A DNA stretch of 64,000 nucleotides, taken from NCBI GenBank assembly GCA_963777365.1, contig CAVZQG010000013.1, positions 9,600 through 73,599 of the forward strand. The letters run 5' to 3'. Shown here piece by piece: positions 10,626 through 20,205 of the stretch. The notes below the pieces were generated by a model. That model did no database searches, was not told the DNA's origin, and saw nothing but the letters and a program-made list of their open reading frames with translations. How positions within the stretch are numbered: the stretch's first letter is position 1; every line of letters begins with the position of its first letter. The position numbers were made by a program, and so were the translations under genes. Source of the stretch: Vulcanimicrobiota bacterium. GTDB taxonomy: Bacteria; Vulcanimicrobiota; Vulcanimicrobiia; Vulcanimicrobiales; Vulcanimicrobiaceae.

Positions 10626-11353
10626 AGCAATGCGTAAAACGCGATCGTTGCCAAGATTCCTGTCGCCACAACGGGCAACCTATGCGACTTCGGTGTGTGC
10701 GTTTGCTGCGATTGTATCGGCGGAGAATATCGTACAATGAGCAGCTGGTCTCCGCCCGATGCGCTTTGCGATCCGTAAACGAGCGATTGCGCCAATTGCC
10801 TGCGCTCGTCGGCTTCGCGAAGACGGCGCCCGGCAAGGACCAGCGCATCGCCTTCCGTCAATGAAAAACTGCAGATGGCGACCTCAACGCTCGGAGCGCA
10901 GACCATGGCACGCGTGAGAATCGGAACGCCGGGCACCTCGAATGCATCGTTTTTCGTAAGTGAGACGACGTATCCGTCGCGAGCCAAATACGCGGCGGTC
11001 GACCCCACGTGCGCGAGGTACGCCCGGTCCTGCACGAGCAGTACGCTGGTGACCGAACAGCTCGCGGTGACATAGTCTTCATGCGAAGCGGTGCGCGCAT
11101 GCATATCCTCGTTGACGCGCGCGAACGCCCCGATCAGACTGGAGCTCATGCCCTTTGGGCGATGTTCCGCCCGGCGCAGACGGTCGCCCCGCGCGCGCCG
11201 TTCGAATTCGCTGCGCAAGCGCGAGAGAACAGCCGGAGCCACCGGCCTGCCTTCGATCGTGCCGAATCCATTTGCGACGGCGAATAGATACGTGTCCGGC
11301 GCAAGCTGCTGCGTAAGACATGATCCGCGGTCGCCGCTGATTGCTACGTCCAT
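10613..11353 (-). CDS. PP2C-family Ser/Thr phosphatase with C-terminal membrane anchor
   Basis: FAVANGFG, YLAHVGSTAAYLARDG and GDALVLAGRRL, plus a C-terminal TM helix (LPVVATGILATIAFYALLCI). It overlaps both neighbours by a few nt. Confidence 0.75.
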   Translation of the reverse strand: MDVAISGDRGSCLTQQLAPDTYLFAVANGFGTIEGRPVAPAVLSRLRSEFERRARGDRLRRAEHRPKGMSSSLIGAFARVNEDMHARTASHEDYVTASCSVTSVLLVQDRAYLAHVGSTAAYLARDGYVVSLTKNDAFEVPGVPILTRAMVCAPSVEVAICSFSLTEGDALVLAGRRLREADERRQLAQSLVYGSQSASGGDQLLIVRYSPPIQSQQTHTPKSHRLPVVATGILATIAFYALLCIR

Positions 11354-11802
11354 TCCAGCGGTGCCGTTCCTAGTACCGTGAGCCGCGTGTTTCCCACATC
11401 GATATCATCCCCAGGTCTGACCTCTATGCCCTCACTTTTGAGGCGTTTTCCGTTCAAGAACGTGCCGTTGCTGCTGCCGAGATCGGTCAGATACACCACG
11501 CCGCGAGCAAACTCCAGCCTGGCGTGCCTGCGGCTGACCTCGGGGTCGAGCAATTCCACCTGTGCTTGGGAGGAGCGTCCGATGACGGCATCCGGCATCC
11601 CCTCTCCCAGCCGAACGGTGACTTCGCGAATGGTGCTCGAAAGACCCGGACTCTCGCGCACCCGAAGCTGAACCGCCAGCCGGCGCGGGGCCGGGGAGGC
11701 GGTCAGGATTTCGGGACGCAAGCGAGCGGCCAGCAGGCCGAAAAGGGCCAGCGCGCCCAGGATTTCCAGCGAGCCGATACGCAGGTGCGCAAACGGACTC
11801 AT
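11344..11802 (-). CDS. Membrane-anchored FHA-domain protein (FhaB/FipA-like)
   Basis: N-terminal TM helix. The C-terminal FHA signature is GRSSQAQVELLDPEVSRRHARLEF...VYLTDLGSSNGTFLNGKRL. Confidence 0.75.
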   Translation of the reverse strand: MSPFAHLRIGSLEILGALALFGLLAARLRPEILTASPAPRRLAVQLRVRESPGLSSTIREVTVRLGEGMPDAVIGRSSQAQVELLDPEVSRRHARLEFARGVVYLTDLGSSNGTFLNGKRLKSEGIEVRPGDDIDVGNTRLTVLGTAPLEWT

Positions 11803-12473
11803 CGGCCGGCTTCCACGCGCATCTCCGTCTTCCCGAAGGCTACGACGTCCCCGGACTGCAACTCGGCGCGCCGAACGCGTTCGCCGTTGACGAACGTTCC
11901 GTTGCTGGAGCCTTCGTCCGCGAGGACGAGGCGCCCGTCATTGACGTCCAGCAACGCGTGATTCCGTGAGACGCTCGGATCGACCAGAAAAATATCGCAT
12001 TGGCGGCTGCGGCCCACCCGCGTTGCCCCGGTGATGCGGTATCGCTCGCCCAAGGGCATGCCCTTGATGAGATGCAACGTGAACTCGACCGCTTTGTGCG
12101 CGCGTTCTCCGTTCTGTACGTCGATCTCGATCGCACCGGCGACTACATCGGGATCTTCATGCAAGACCACCCGCGGATCGTTCGATTCGAAACGAATTCC
12201 GACGCGCCCGGCAACATCGGCCAAGAGCGCGCTCCATTCGTCCTCCAGATAGCGCTTGTGCGCGGCCAGCCGTGCGTAGTCCGACGGATTGATATACACG
12301 GCGTAAGCACCGGGTGCGACCATCACGTTCTCGAGATTCTGCGTGCGCGCTTCCATCGTAGCGACCAGTTTACGCGCGATTTGAGCCGGTTCCACATCGC
12401 TCGGAAACATATTCGCAAACGCGCGCTCGATAAAAGCCGCGCACGTTTCCTCGATGCGGACGAACCAGCTCAC
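11799..12473 (-). CDS. FhaA-like protein (N-terminal DUF3662-like domain + C-terminal FHA)
   Basis: C-terminal FHA signature (RVGRSRQCDIFLVDPSVSRNHALL...LADEGSSNGTFVNGERV). The likely start is the GTG at 12473 (MSWFVRIEE...) rather than the listed 12506. Confidence 0.7.
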   Translation of the reverse strand: MSWFVRIEETCAAFIERAFANMFPSDVEPAQIARKLVATMEARTQNLENVMVAPGAYAVYINPSDYARLAAHKRYLEDEWSALLADVAGRVGIRFESNDPRVVLHEDPDVVAGAIEIDVQNGERAHKAVEFTLHLIKGMPLGERYRITGATRVGRSRQCDIFLVDPSVSRNHALLDVNDGRLVLADEGSSNGTFVNGERVRRAELQSGDVVAFGKTEMRVEAGR

Positions 12474-12480
12474 GAGATTG

Positions 12481-13815
12481 CTAGAGCCGGCGCTCCAAGC
12501 GCGCAAGGTAAAAACCGTCGCGCCCGGAGAGCCCAGGCGGAATCAGAACGTCGCCCAAGGGTGTTTCAAACTGCGAGAAACGAGCAGGTATCAAACCTCG
12601 CTGCAAGTTATGCGTGCCGACAAACCAATCGATCACACCGGTCGTTTCCCGGGGATCGGTGGAACAGACCGCGTAAACGATTGCTCCTCCTTCGTAGACA
12701 TGCGGCGCCAGCGCTTGCAGAAGCTCGCGCTGTGTGAGAGCGAGCCGTTCGCCGTCGTCGTGACGCTTACGCCAGCGCGCTTCGGGATGACGGCCGATGA
12801 CGCCGGTGCCCGAACACGGCGCATCCAGAAGAATCCGATCGAACTGCCGCTGTAAAATCGGTGCACTCGCATCGCCCACGATCGCGGCTAGGGGCAACTC
12901 CGCCTCTTGAGCGCGATGCTCGAGCGCCGCTACTTTGCGTGCGTCGCGTTCTATGCAGATGAGCGTCCCGTCTCCGCCTAGGCGAGCCGCGCTTTGTAGA
13001 GCTTTGCTTCCGCGGCCGCTGCAAACATCGGCGATGGCCTCGCCCGGCTGCGGATTGAGAACGTCCACGACTGCGGCCGACGACTCGCTCTGCACCCACC
13101 AGGCGCCGGCAGCCTCGCGTTCACCGCGGCGCGCAAGCGCTCCGTCGGAAACAAGAACGCAGTCCGCCGCGAGTTCCGAGAGACGCGCCTGCGCGTCGCG
13201 CTGCGAAAACCACGCGACAACGTCCTCTCGCGTCGTTTTCCCGCGGTTGACGGTAACGGCGGTTTGTGCGGGCGCATTGCACGCCTCGAGAATCGGCTCG
13301 AGCTCCCCGCTTCCGAACACCTCTCGCCATTGACGCACAAGCCACGTCGGATAGGAGAACGCCGTCGCGACATATTCGTCGTCGTCATCAAAGTCGGCGC
13401 GGGCGGGCGGCGCGGGTTTGTCGCGCAGGAAGCCGCGCAGGACCGCATTGACCAAGCCGGCCGTTCCGCGATGTCCATGCCGCTTGGCAATCCCGACCCA
13501 CTGGCTGACCGTTGCGTGCGGCTGTGATGCCGTATAGAGCGTCTCATAGACTGCCAAGCGCAGAACTTCGGCAATAACCGGCGGCAGCGCTTTCTGACGC
13601 GATCCGACATAAGGCCGAAGATACCAGTCGATGGTGCGACGCATTTTGATCGCACCAAACGCGAGATGCGTGGCGAATGCGCGATCGCGCTGCGGCAGAT
13701 CCGATTTTTCCAGCCGGTAATCGAGGGATTCTTGCGCGGTGCGCTCCGGCCCATGCGCTTCTGCACTTGGAAAGACGTCACGAACGACTTGAAGCGCAAT
13801 CTCGCGCGAGTTCAT
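12481..13815 (-). CDS. rsmB: 16S rRNA (cytosine-C5)-methyltransferase RsmB/Sun
   Basis: NusB-like N-terminus (MNSREIALQVV...) and a methyltransferase core (DVCSGRGSKA, LLDAPCSGTGVIGRHPEARW, YAVCS). The real start is the ATG at 13815, overlapping the fmt stop (ATGA). The upstream part of the listed ORF is fmt read out of frame. Confidence 0.85.
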   Translation of the reverse strand: MNSREIALQVVRDVFPSAEAHGPERTAQESLDYRLEKSDLPQRDRAFATHLAFGAIKMRRTIDWYLRPYVGSRQKALPPVIAEVLRLAVYETLYTASQPHATVSQWVGIAKRHGHRGTAGLVNAVLRGFLRDKPAPPARADFDDDDEYVATAFSYPTWLVRQWREVFGSGELEPILEACNAPAQTAVTVNRGKTTREDVVAWFSQRDAQARLSELAADCVLVSDGALARRGEREAAGAWWVQSESSAAVVDVLNPQPGEAIADVCSGRGSKALQSAARLGGDGTLICIERDARKVAALEHRAQEAELPLAAIVGDASAPILQRQFDRILLDAPCSGTGVIGRHPEARWRKRHDDGERLALTQRELLQALAPHVYEGGAIVYAVCSTDPRETTGVIDWFVGTHNLQRGLIPARFSQFETPLGDVLIPPGLSGRDGFYLARLERRL

Positions 13816-14724
13816 TGCGGCCTGCCCGCGAGACTTTGCGCGAAAGCCGCGCCGCTTTGCGCTCCGCGACTGGGTGCCACGAGTTCCACGACGTCCACCG
13901 TGCCGTCGCCGCACCGCACGCTCACGGCATCTGCTGCGATTCCGAGGATCGCTCCCGGCGGCAATGCTGCAATCGTCGCAGATCCCGCGCGCGCGCGCAA
14001 CAGGCTTGACGGGCACACCGGCGATTGTGGCGCGAGCCGCCGGCGCCGGAGCGAAAGCTCTGACGGTGTCGACAATCTTCGCGGCAGCCCCAGCCCCAAT
14101 CGATCTCGAGATCCTCTTTCCGTATGGGATGCGTGATCGAAGGCTCGCCCTGCTGCGGCACGTGCGTGATGTAGCCGCTGCGCGCAAGGTCGATCGCGTG
14201 CGAGAGCGCCTGCGCTCCAAAATGTGCCAAGCGTTCGTGCAGTTCGCCGTAACGTTCCCCGACCGCGATCGGCGTGCGTTCCTGAAGGACGATATCGCCG
14301 GTGTCCATTCCTGCGTCCATGAGCATGATCGTTACGCCGGTCTCCTTGCGCCCGTCGCGCAGTGCGCTTTGAATCGGGGTTGCCCCGCGATACTTGGGAA
14401 GCAAGCTGGGATGCACGTTGAGCGAACCGAGTCTTGGGAAGATTCGAGCACGTCCTGCGGCAGAATTCGACCGTATGAGGCGAGCACGAAAAGATCGTAC
14501 GCGCACTGTTTCTGCTCGCGCGCAAACTCGCGCAGCGAGAGCGGTTCAAACACGGGAACTCCAAGTTCGAGCGCAGCGTGCTTCACGGGCGTGGCCCGCA
14601 TCTTGTGGCCGCGCCCTGCGGGCCGGTCGGGCTGCGTTACAACAGCGGCCAGGTTCGTGCGGGCGGCAACGATGTGTAAACTCGGAACCGCAAAATCGCT
14701 GGTTCCAAAAAAAAGCGTCTTCAC
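13812..14724 (-). CDS. fmt: Methionyl-tRNA formyltransferase, at least 3 frameshifts (~14447, ~14090, ~14010)
   Basis: MKTLFFGTSDFAVPSL...VVTQPDRPAGRG...ASYGRILPQDVLE, then a second frame LGSLNVHPSLLPKYRGATPIQSAL...GVTIMLMDAGMDTGDI, then two more frame switches before the C-terminal domain. Confidence 0.8.
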
Positions 14725-14746
14725 GCCGGGATAGCGTCGTTCGGAT

Positions 14747-15277
14747 TCACGATGCGGCTTCGGCGATCTCTTCTTCTTCTTTGTTTTGCGGCAGACGCAC
14801 GTTCTTCGCCTTGTCGATGTAGAGCACGCCGTTCAAGTGATCGATTTCGTGCTGCAGCGCCTGCGCAAAAAGCCCTTTACCCTCCAAACGAACCTTATTT
14901 CCGTCGCGATCCAGACCGCTCACCGCGACGTGGTTGTACCGTGCGATCTCGCCGACGTATCCGGGAACCGACAAGCAGCCCTCGGTCATCTCGACTTCTT
15001 CTTCGGTCAGCTCCACCTTCGGATTGATCACGACGTAGCGGCCGCCCTCGGGGTGCTCGTCATCTTCGCCCACGTCCATAACAAAAAGACGCTTGGATAC
15101 ATTGACCTGCGGTGCCGCAAGGCCGACGCCGGGGGCCGCATACATCGTCTCAAACATGTCGTCGATGAGCTGCTGAAACAGCGGATCGGCGAGCTCCTTC
15201 GGTCCGACTCTTTTTGCTACTTTGCGTAGCGTCGGATGTCCGTCGGTGATGATCGTCCGGATGTAGGGCATGGCCAA
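14747..15277 (-). CDS. def: Peptide deformylase
   Basis: GVGLAAPQV, EGCLSVPG and QHEIDHLNG motifs. Intact. Confidence 0.9.
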   Translation of the reverse strand: MAMPYIRTIITDGHPTLRKVAKRVGPKELADPLFQQLIDDMFETMYAAPGVGLAAPQVNVSKRLFVMDVGEDDEHPEGGRYVVINPKVELTEEEVEMTEGCLSVPGYVGEIARYNHVAVSGLDRDGNKVRLEGKGLFAQALQHEIDHLNGVLYIDKAKNVRLPQNKEEEEIAEAAS

Positions 15278-15351
15278 CCTATTTTACCGCAGAGAGTCAA
15301 AACGCTTGCCCCTACCCGGAAAAGCCTGCTTGCCTGTCGAAAAAGTCACAC

Positions 15352-15910
15352 ATGGACCCGCCCCGTAGCGAACGCATCTGGCACGTGCGAAAGATCCGGC
15401 TAGGTGAGGACGACGGCGAGATGGACCGCCTGGTGGCCTCCGAAATGACGCCTGCAGAACGCATGGCTCGCGTCTGGGAACTTGTTGTTCGCTATGGGGA
15501 GATGACGGTGTCGATTATCGTAAACAGCGATTACAAAGATCTCATACGGGCATTCAACGCCGGCACGTTGAGTATCTGGTTGTGGGTGCGCACGCTCTTG
15601 CGTCGCATGGGCACCCGCGATACTCCGAGGATTTCGACGTCTGGGTGCGACCGGAGGAAAACGCTCAGCGTGTTTACGACGCGATTTTACGAGCTACGAC
15701 TTCATCTTTCAAGTCGCATTGCTCCGTGCGCATCGATATCATCACCACGATTAGCGGAGTAACCTGGGATCAGGCATGGCCCGGAGCATGCGTCCTCTAC
15801 GGCGATCTTCCGGTACGAGTTCTCGGCGGGAGCACTATCGCAAATAGCTCGCAAGCGGACGGCCAAAGGATCTTATTGACGTGCAGACGCTTGAAAGTGA
15901 TATGCGTTAA
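15352..15910 (+). pseudogene. Nucleotidyltransferase-fold protein of the toxin-like (AbiEii/DUF6036-like) type, at least 3 frame breaks
   Basis: The stitched product reads ...DYKDLIRAFNA-VEYLVVGAHALASHGHPRYSEDFDVWVRPEENAQRVYDAI...RIDIITTISGVTWDQAW...REH-LIANK-LASGRPKDLIDVQTLESDMR*. The breaks near 15840-15880 are single-base deletions. Confidence 0.45.
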
Positions 15911-16883
15911 GAGTCGCGTTCTCGCTCGGATTTAATCCTGCGGATAGCGAGCCGAGTTTTTTGTTAGCGCTGTTCGCCCACGTTAGCGTATCGCGCACGG
16001 TATCCATCAGGGGCCGAATGTTTAGCCCGCGGACGGCTGCCCGCGAAGAATCGGCGTTCGTGATGCTGCGATGCTCGGCTCCGGCGGGAATCCAGAGCGG
16101 CAGATCCGACCATGGATTGACCTGGTTCTCGTCTAAGAATCCGGCATCGGCCCACGTGAACGATGCGCCCGAATGTGCAACGCTCGCAGCGCTTTGCGTC
16201 AAATCGCCAAAATGCAGCGAGCCTCGAGGCGTGACAACGTTGTACGATCCGCCGGTTTGGTTTTCGATCGAATGAACCGCGAACGCGGCGAGATCGCGAG
16301 CGTCGATATACTGCAGCGGCTCATCGGGTGAAACGGGTGCAAGGACTTCGCCGCCTGATTCGACGCGCACGGGCCAGTACGTGAAGCGATCGGTCGGGTC
16401 ATACGGACCGGCGATGAGTCCGGGTCGCAAAATCGTCGCACGCGCCCGGAACGTGCTTTGAACGACGCTCTCGCACAAGGCCTTCAGCGCACCGTAATAC
16501 TGAAGATCGAGAACCGTGCGGTCGACTTCCTTTGGTAACGCCGCAAGCGGTGCGTCTTCGTCGGGACCGTCCGTGCGGGTGTGATCGTATACCGAGATCG
16601 TCGAGATGAAAAGATACCGCTGCGTGCGCTCCGAGAAGTAGCGCGTTGCCATCTCTACGACGTTCGGCGTATAGCCGCACGTGTCGATAACGGCATCCCA
16701 CCGGCGATCTCCTAAACGCGAAAGATCGCGCTCGCGATCGCCGTGTATCGTTTCTACCTCGCTTCGCGCCGAACCATCGGTGATGCCGCGATTGAAATGC
16801 GCCACCTGATGTCCGCGCGCGAGAAGCGAATCGGTAATATGCCGTCCGACAAACCGCGTCCCGCCGATGATGACGACGTTCAT
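15873..16883 (-). CDS. NAD-dependent epimerase/dehydratase (SDR) family protein
   Basis: Rossmann motif MNVVIIGGTRFVGRHI. SD GAAGGTG lies before the ATG at 16883. Intact. Confidence 0.75.
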   Translation of the reverse strand: MNVVIIGGTRFVGRHITDSLLARGHQVAHFNRGITDGSARSEVETIHGDRERDLSRLGDRRWDAVIDTCGYTPNVVEMATRYFSERTQRYLFISTISVYDHTRTDGPDEDAPLAALPKEVDRTVLDLQYYGALKALCESVVQSTFRARATILRPGLIAGPYDPTDRFTYWPVRVESGGEVLAPVSPDEPLQYIDARDLAAFAVHSIENQTGGSYNVVTPRGSLHFGDLTQSAASVAHSGASFTWADAGFLDENQVNPWSDLPLWIPAGAEHRSITNADSSRAAVRGLNIRPLMDTVRDTLTWANSANKKLGSLSAGLNPSENATLNAYHFQASARQ

Positions 16884-16895
16884 GGATCGCACCTT

Positions 16896-18331
16896 CTACA
16901 GGATGTAGCCGCTTAGGTCGGCATTCGTGACGACCTCCTGCAACTTCTCCCGCACGTAAGGGGCATCGATTGTGACCGTGCCGCCTTGCTCGGGTGCCTC
17001 GTAACTGACCTCGTCGAGCAGCCGCTCGAGCACCGTGTGAAGCCGTCGCGCACCGATATTCTCGCTTTGCTCATTGACCTGCATCGCGAACTGCGCGATC
17101 TGCTCGATGCCGTCAGGCTGAAAGTCCAGCGTTACGCCTTCGGTCGCAAGGAGCGCCTTGTATTGTTCGGTGAGCGCGTTCTTGGGCTGCGTGAGAATCG
17201 TTCGAAAATCCTGTGCGGTTAGCGAATCGAGCTCGACCCGGATCGGAAAGCGCCCTTGCAATTCAGGAATCAGATCCGACGGCTTGCTGATATGAAACGC
17301 GCCGGCCGCGATGAACAGCACGTGATCGGTTTTCAACGGTCCGTGCTTGGTGTTCACGGTACTGCCTTCAACGATCGGCAGAATATCGCGTTGCACGCCT
17401 TCGCGCGAGACGTCGGGGCCGCGGCCGCCTTCGCGTCCCGCGACTTTGTCGATCTCGTCGATAAAAATGATGCCGTGCTCGGCTGCGCGCCGCAATGCCT
17501 CGCGCTTAACGGCATCCATGTCGATCAGTTTGCTCGCCTCTTCCTGTTCAAAAATGCGTCGCGCTTCCTGAACCGTCACGCGCTTGTGCACTTTCTTTTT
17601 CGGAAAGATGCCGCCGAGCATTTCGCCCGAGATCGCCGCCTGCGCCGCTCTGATCGATGCCGCCCAGCATGCCGATCGGTACGCTTGGGGACTCTTCGAT
17701 GTCGAGCTCGACAAGACGAACGTCGTAAAACCCGCGCTCGACGTCGGCACGGGCTTGTTCGCGAACGCGCGCCGCGTCCGTGCTCGGCGGCGGCGGGCGC
17801 AGGCGCCGGCTGCGAGGGTTGTTGCTGCTGTCCAAAATTGCCGCCGAAGATCGAACCGAGCGTCGCGGCGAACGCATTTCCTTGTCCGGGCGGCGCGGGC
17901 GGGCGCGTTTCCGGGTGCAGCAGATCGACGACGCGTTCAACCGCCATTCGCGCGGCGGCGTCCTTCACTTCTTCACGGCGCTCGTCGGTGACCATCCGAA
18001 CCGCATGTTCGGCAAGATCGCGCACCATCGATTCCACGTCACGGCCGACGTAGCCGACCTCGGTGTACTTTGTCGCCTCCACCTTCACGAACGGAGCGCC
18101 GGCAAGCGCAGCCAACCGCCGGGCGATCTCGGTCTTGCCGACTCCGGTGGGACCGATCATCAGGATGTTCTTCGGGATAATCTCGCTGCGAAGATCATCG
18201 CCGACGCGTTCGCGCCGGTACCGGTTACGCATGGCAATGGCAACGGCGCGTTTCGCGTTGCCCTGCCCGACGATATATTTGTCGAGTTCCGCGGCAATCG
18301 CACGCGGCGTCAATTCGAGTGTGTTTTGCAT
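16896..18331 (-). CDS. hslU: ATP-dependent protease ATPase subunit HslU, 2 frameshifts (~17785, ~17643)
   Basis: [27 protein letters not shown]..., Walker [20 protein letters not shown], then [11 protein letters not shown] and a C-terminus ...[21 protein letters not shown]. Three frames must be joined to read it. Confidence 0.85.
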
Positions 18332-18858
18332 TATAACGTCTCGACCAAGATGCTCTGGTTGGTGTAGATGCAGATCTCGGCCGCAATCTCCAGCGCCTTG
18401 CGCGCGACATCATCGGCGCTCATCTGCGTGTTTCGCAGGAGCGCGGACGCCGCGGCCTGTGCGTACGGACCGCCGCTGCCTATCGCCGCGATACCCTCAT
18501 CCGGTTCAATGACGTCACCTGTCCCGCTCAGCACCAGCAAGTGTTCGCTGTTTCCGACGATCAGCAGCGCCTCAAGGCGGCGAAGCGCGCGGTCCTGGCG
18601 CCAATCCTTCGCAAGCTCGACGGCAGCTCGCATTATGTCTTTATATTCGTTAAATTTTCCTTCGAATTTTTCGAGCAGCGTGATGCCGTCCGCGGCCGAT
18701 CCGGCAAAACCGGCAATGACCTTGCCGCCCGCGATCCGGCGGACTTTGCGCGCCCCGTGCTTCATAATCGTCTTATCAAAGGTTACCTGGCCGTCGCCCG
18801 CGACGGCGAGTTTGCCGTCCCGGCGCACGGCTAGAATGGTCGTAGAGCGAATTCTCAT
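18331..18858 (-). CDS. hslV: ATP-dependent protease subunit HslV
   Basis: [21 protein letters not shown]... and [11 protein letters not shown]. Its stop overlaps the hslU start. Confidence 0.9.
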   Translation of the reverse strand: MRIRSTTILAVRRDGKLAVAGDGQVTFDKTIMKHGARKVRRIAGGKVIAGFAGSAADGITLLEKFEGKFNEYKDIMRAAVELAKDWRQDRALRRLEALLIVGNSEHLLVLSGTGDVIEPDEGIAAIGSGGPYAQAAASALLRNTQMSADDVARKALEIAAEICIYTNQSILVETL

Positions 18859-18891
18859 GCTGCTAGCCTCTTACCCCGCAGGGACTCACGA

Positions 18892-18905
18892 AGTTGCATG
18901 CAACT
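18892..18905. promoter_or_regulatory. 14-bp perfect palindrome AGTTGCATGCAACT in the hslV / SIMPL divergent intergenic region (candidate operator)
   Basis: Read directly from the sequence. It lies between divergent starts at 18858 (minus) and 18960 (plus). A few such palindromes are expected by chance in 64 kb. Confidence 0.2.
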
Positions 18906-18959
18906 GCCGTCATGGTCCTTTTTGGCCCGGCGTTTTTTGATGTTGCAGGAGGGGTGTCT

Positions 18960-19670
18960 ATGCACAAACCGGTCTTAACGATGATCTCGGCGATACTGCT
19001 GCTCGGGGCCAATCAATCACCGCCAATGCCCATAAGCGGCGCATCGCGAACGGCGCAACCGCCCGACGGTATCACCGTACGCGGCTCGGGGACCGCCAAC
19101 GCGCCGGCAAGCACGGCAACGCTCACACTCGACATCACCGCCAAGAATAATGCAATCGTGTTGAATGCGTCCTCGCTGCAGCCGATCGTCGATGCGTTCG
19201 TGCGCGCGGGCGTGCAGCAAAGCGATATTCGGCTTCCGATTTACCTCACGGGCAACAACCGCACGAACAATGCGAGCATCGTTGCGACGGTTCATCATCC
19301 GACCGTGACGATGCTGGAGAATGGGATCGCGACGCTCGGCAGCACGCTTGCTCCGACTCCGGATCTGATCCTGCGGGATGCGCAAGTGCGATTGATCGTT
19401 GACGACTGCTCGCAAGCCGACGCAAGACGCGCAGTCGGCGGCTCTGCGGCAAGCACGCGCAAATGCCCAGAGTATCGCGCGTCAGCTCGGATTGCATCTG
19501 GGCGCGGTATTGGCCGTCGATGCTGAGGGAGCGCAAGCCGACTCCGAGGGACGATGCAGTTGGGTGATACACGTTTGGTCCGTACCAAAATACGCCAGTT
19601 CACTTCGCCCAGCGATTACCTCACCGTAAAGGTGTTTTCGAGCGTGAGCGTGCGATACGCCATTCACTGA
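18960..19670 (+). CDS. SIMPL-domain (DUF541-like) secreted protein, 2 frameshifts (~19410, ~19600)
   Basis: SD GGAGGGG before the ATG at 18960, followed by a signal peptide. GITVRGSGTANAPASTATLTLDITAKNN..., then another frame ...AALRQARANAQSIARQLGLHLGAVLAVD..., then the end ...VKVFSSVSVRYAIH*. Confidence 0.6.
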
Positions 19671-19733
19671 CACGAATTCTGAGATTTAGCTGTGCAACTC
19701 GGGCGATGCCATGCGCGTTGTATTTAGTAGACC

Positions 19734-20137
19734 ATGATTATAAAATTGATTCGGAATGCAGCCCTAGCGACCGTCATGACGCTTGCAGGAGCGCCCGGAC
19801 TCTCGCTTGCCGCAACCGCCTACAACGGCAATCAAGCCGTCCACGCAAATTACAACACCACCATCGCGCCGATTGTCGGATTCGGGTATCCGTGGTCCGG
19901 AACGCTGCAATTGACGTTCAATCCGGACGGCATCATCAGCGGTTACTACCGTCCTGACGGGGACTGAGCTTCGTCCAGGTTACCGGCGGCCGTCAAGGCA
20001 ACGACGTTTGGATGGATATCGGACAGCGCGGCCGCCTGCACGTTACCGGCGCGCTGCAAAACGGCGCGATCGTCGGAACAGCATGGGACGATCGCTCCAG
20101 CCGTCAATACAAGTTCAACGCCAGCGTCTCGAAGTAA
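19734..20137 (+). CDS. Small secreted hypothetical protein, 1 frameshift (~19965)
   Basis: Signal MIIKLIRNAALATVMTLAGAPGLSLA. It continues after an in-frame TGA in another frame (FVQVTGGRQGNDVWMDIGQRGRLHVTGALQNGAIVGTAWDDRSSRQYKFNASVSK*). Confidence 0.45.
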
Positions 20138-20146
20138 CGCAACAAC

Positions 20147-20180
20147 GGTAAAGAAAAGCGGAAGCGGCCTAGCCGCTTCC
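20147..20180. terminator. Bidirectional rho-independent terminator
   Basis: 12-bp perfect stem AGCGGAAGCGGC / GCCGCTTCCGCT with a 3-nt loop. An A-run lies upstream and CTCTTTT downstream. It sits between convergent genes. Confidence 0.7.
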
Positions 20181-20205
20181 GCTCTCTTTTGTCATGTTCC
20201 GATTT

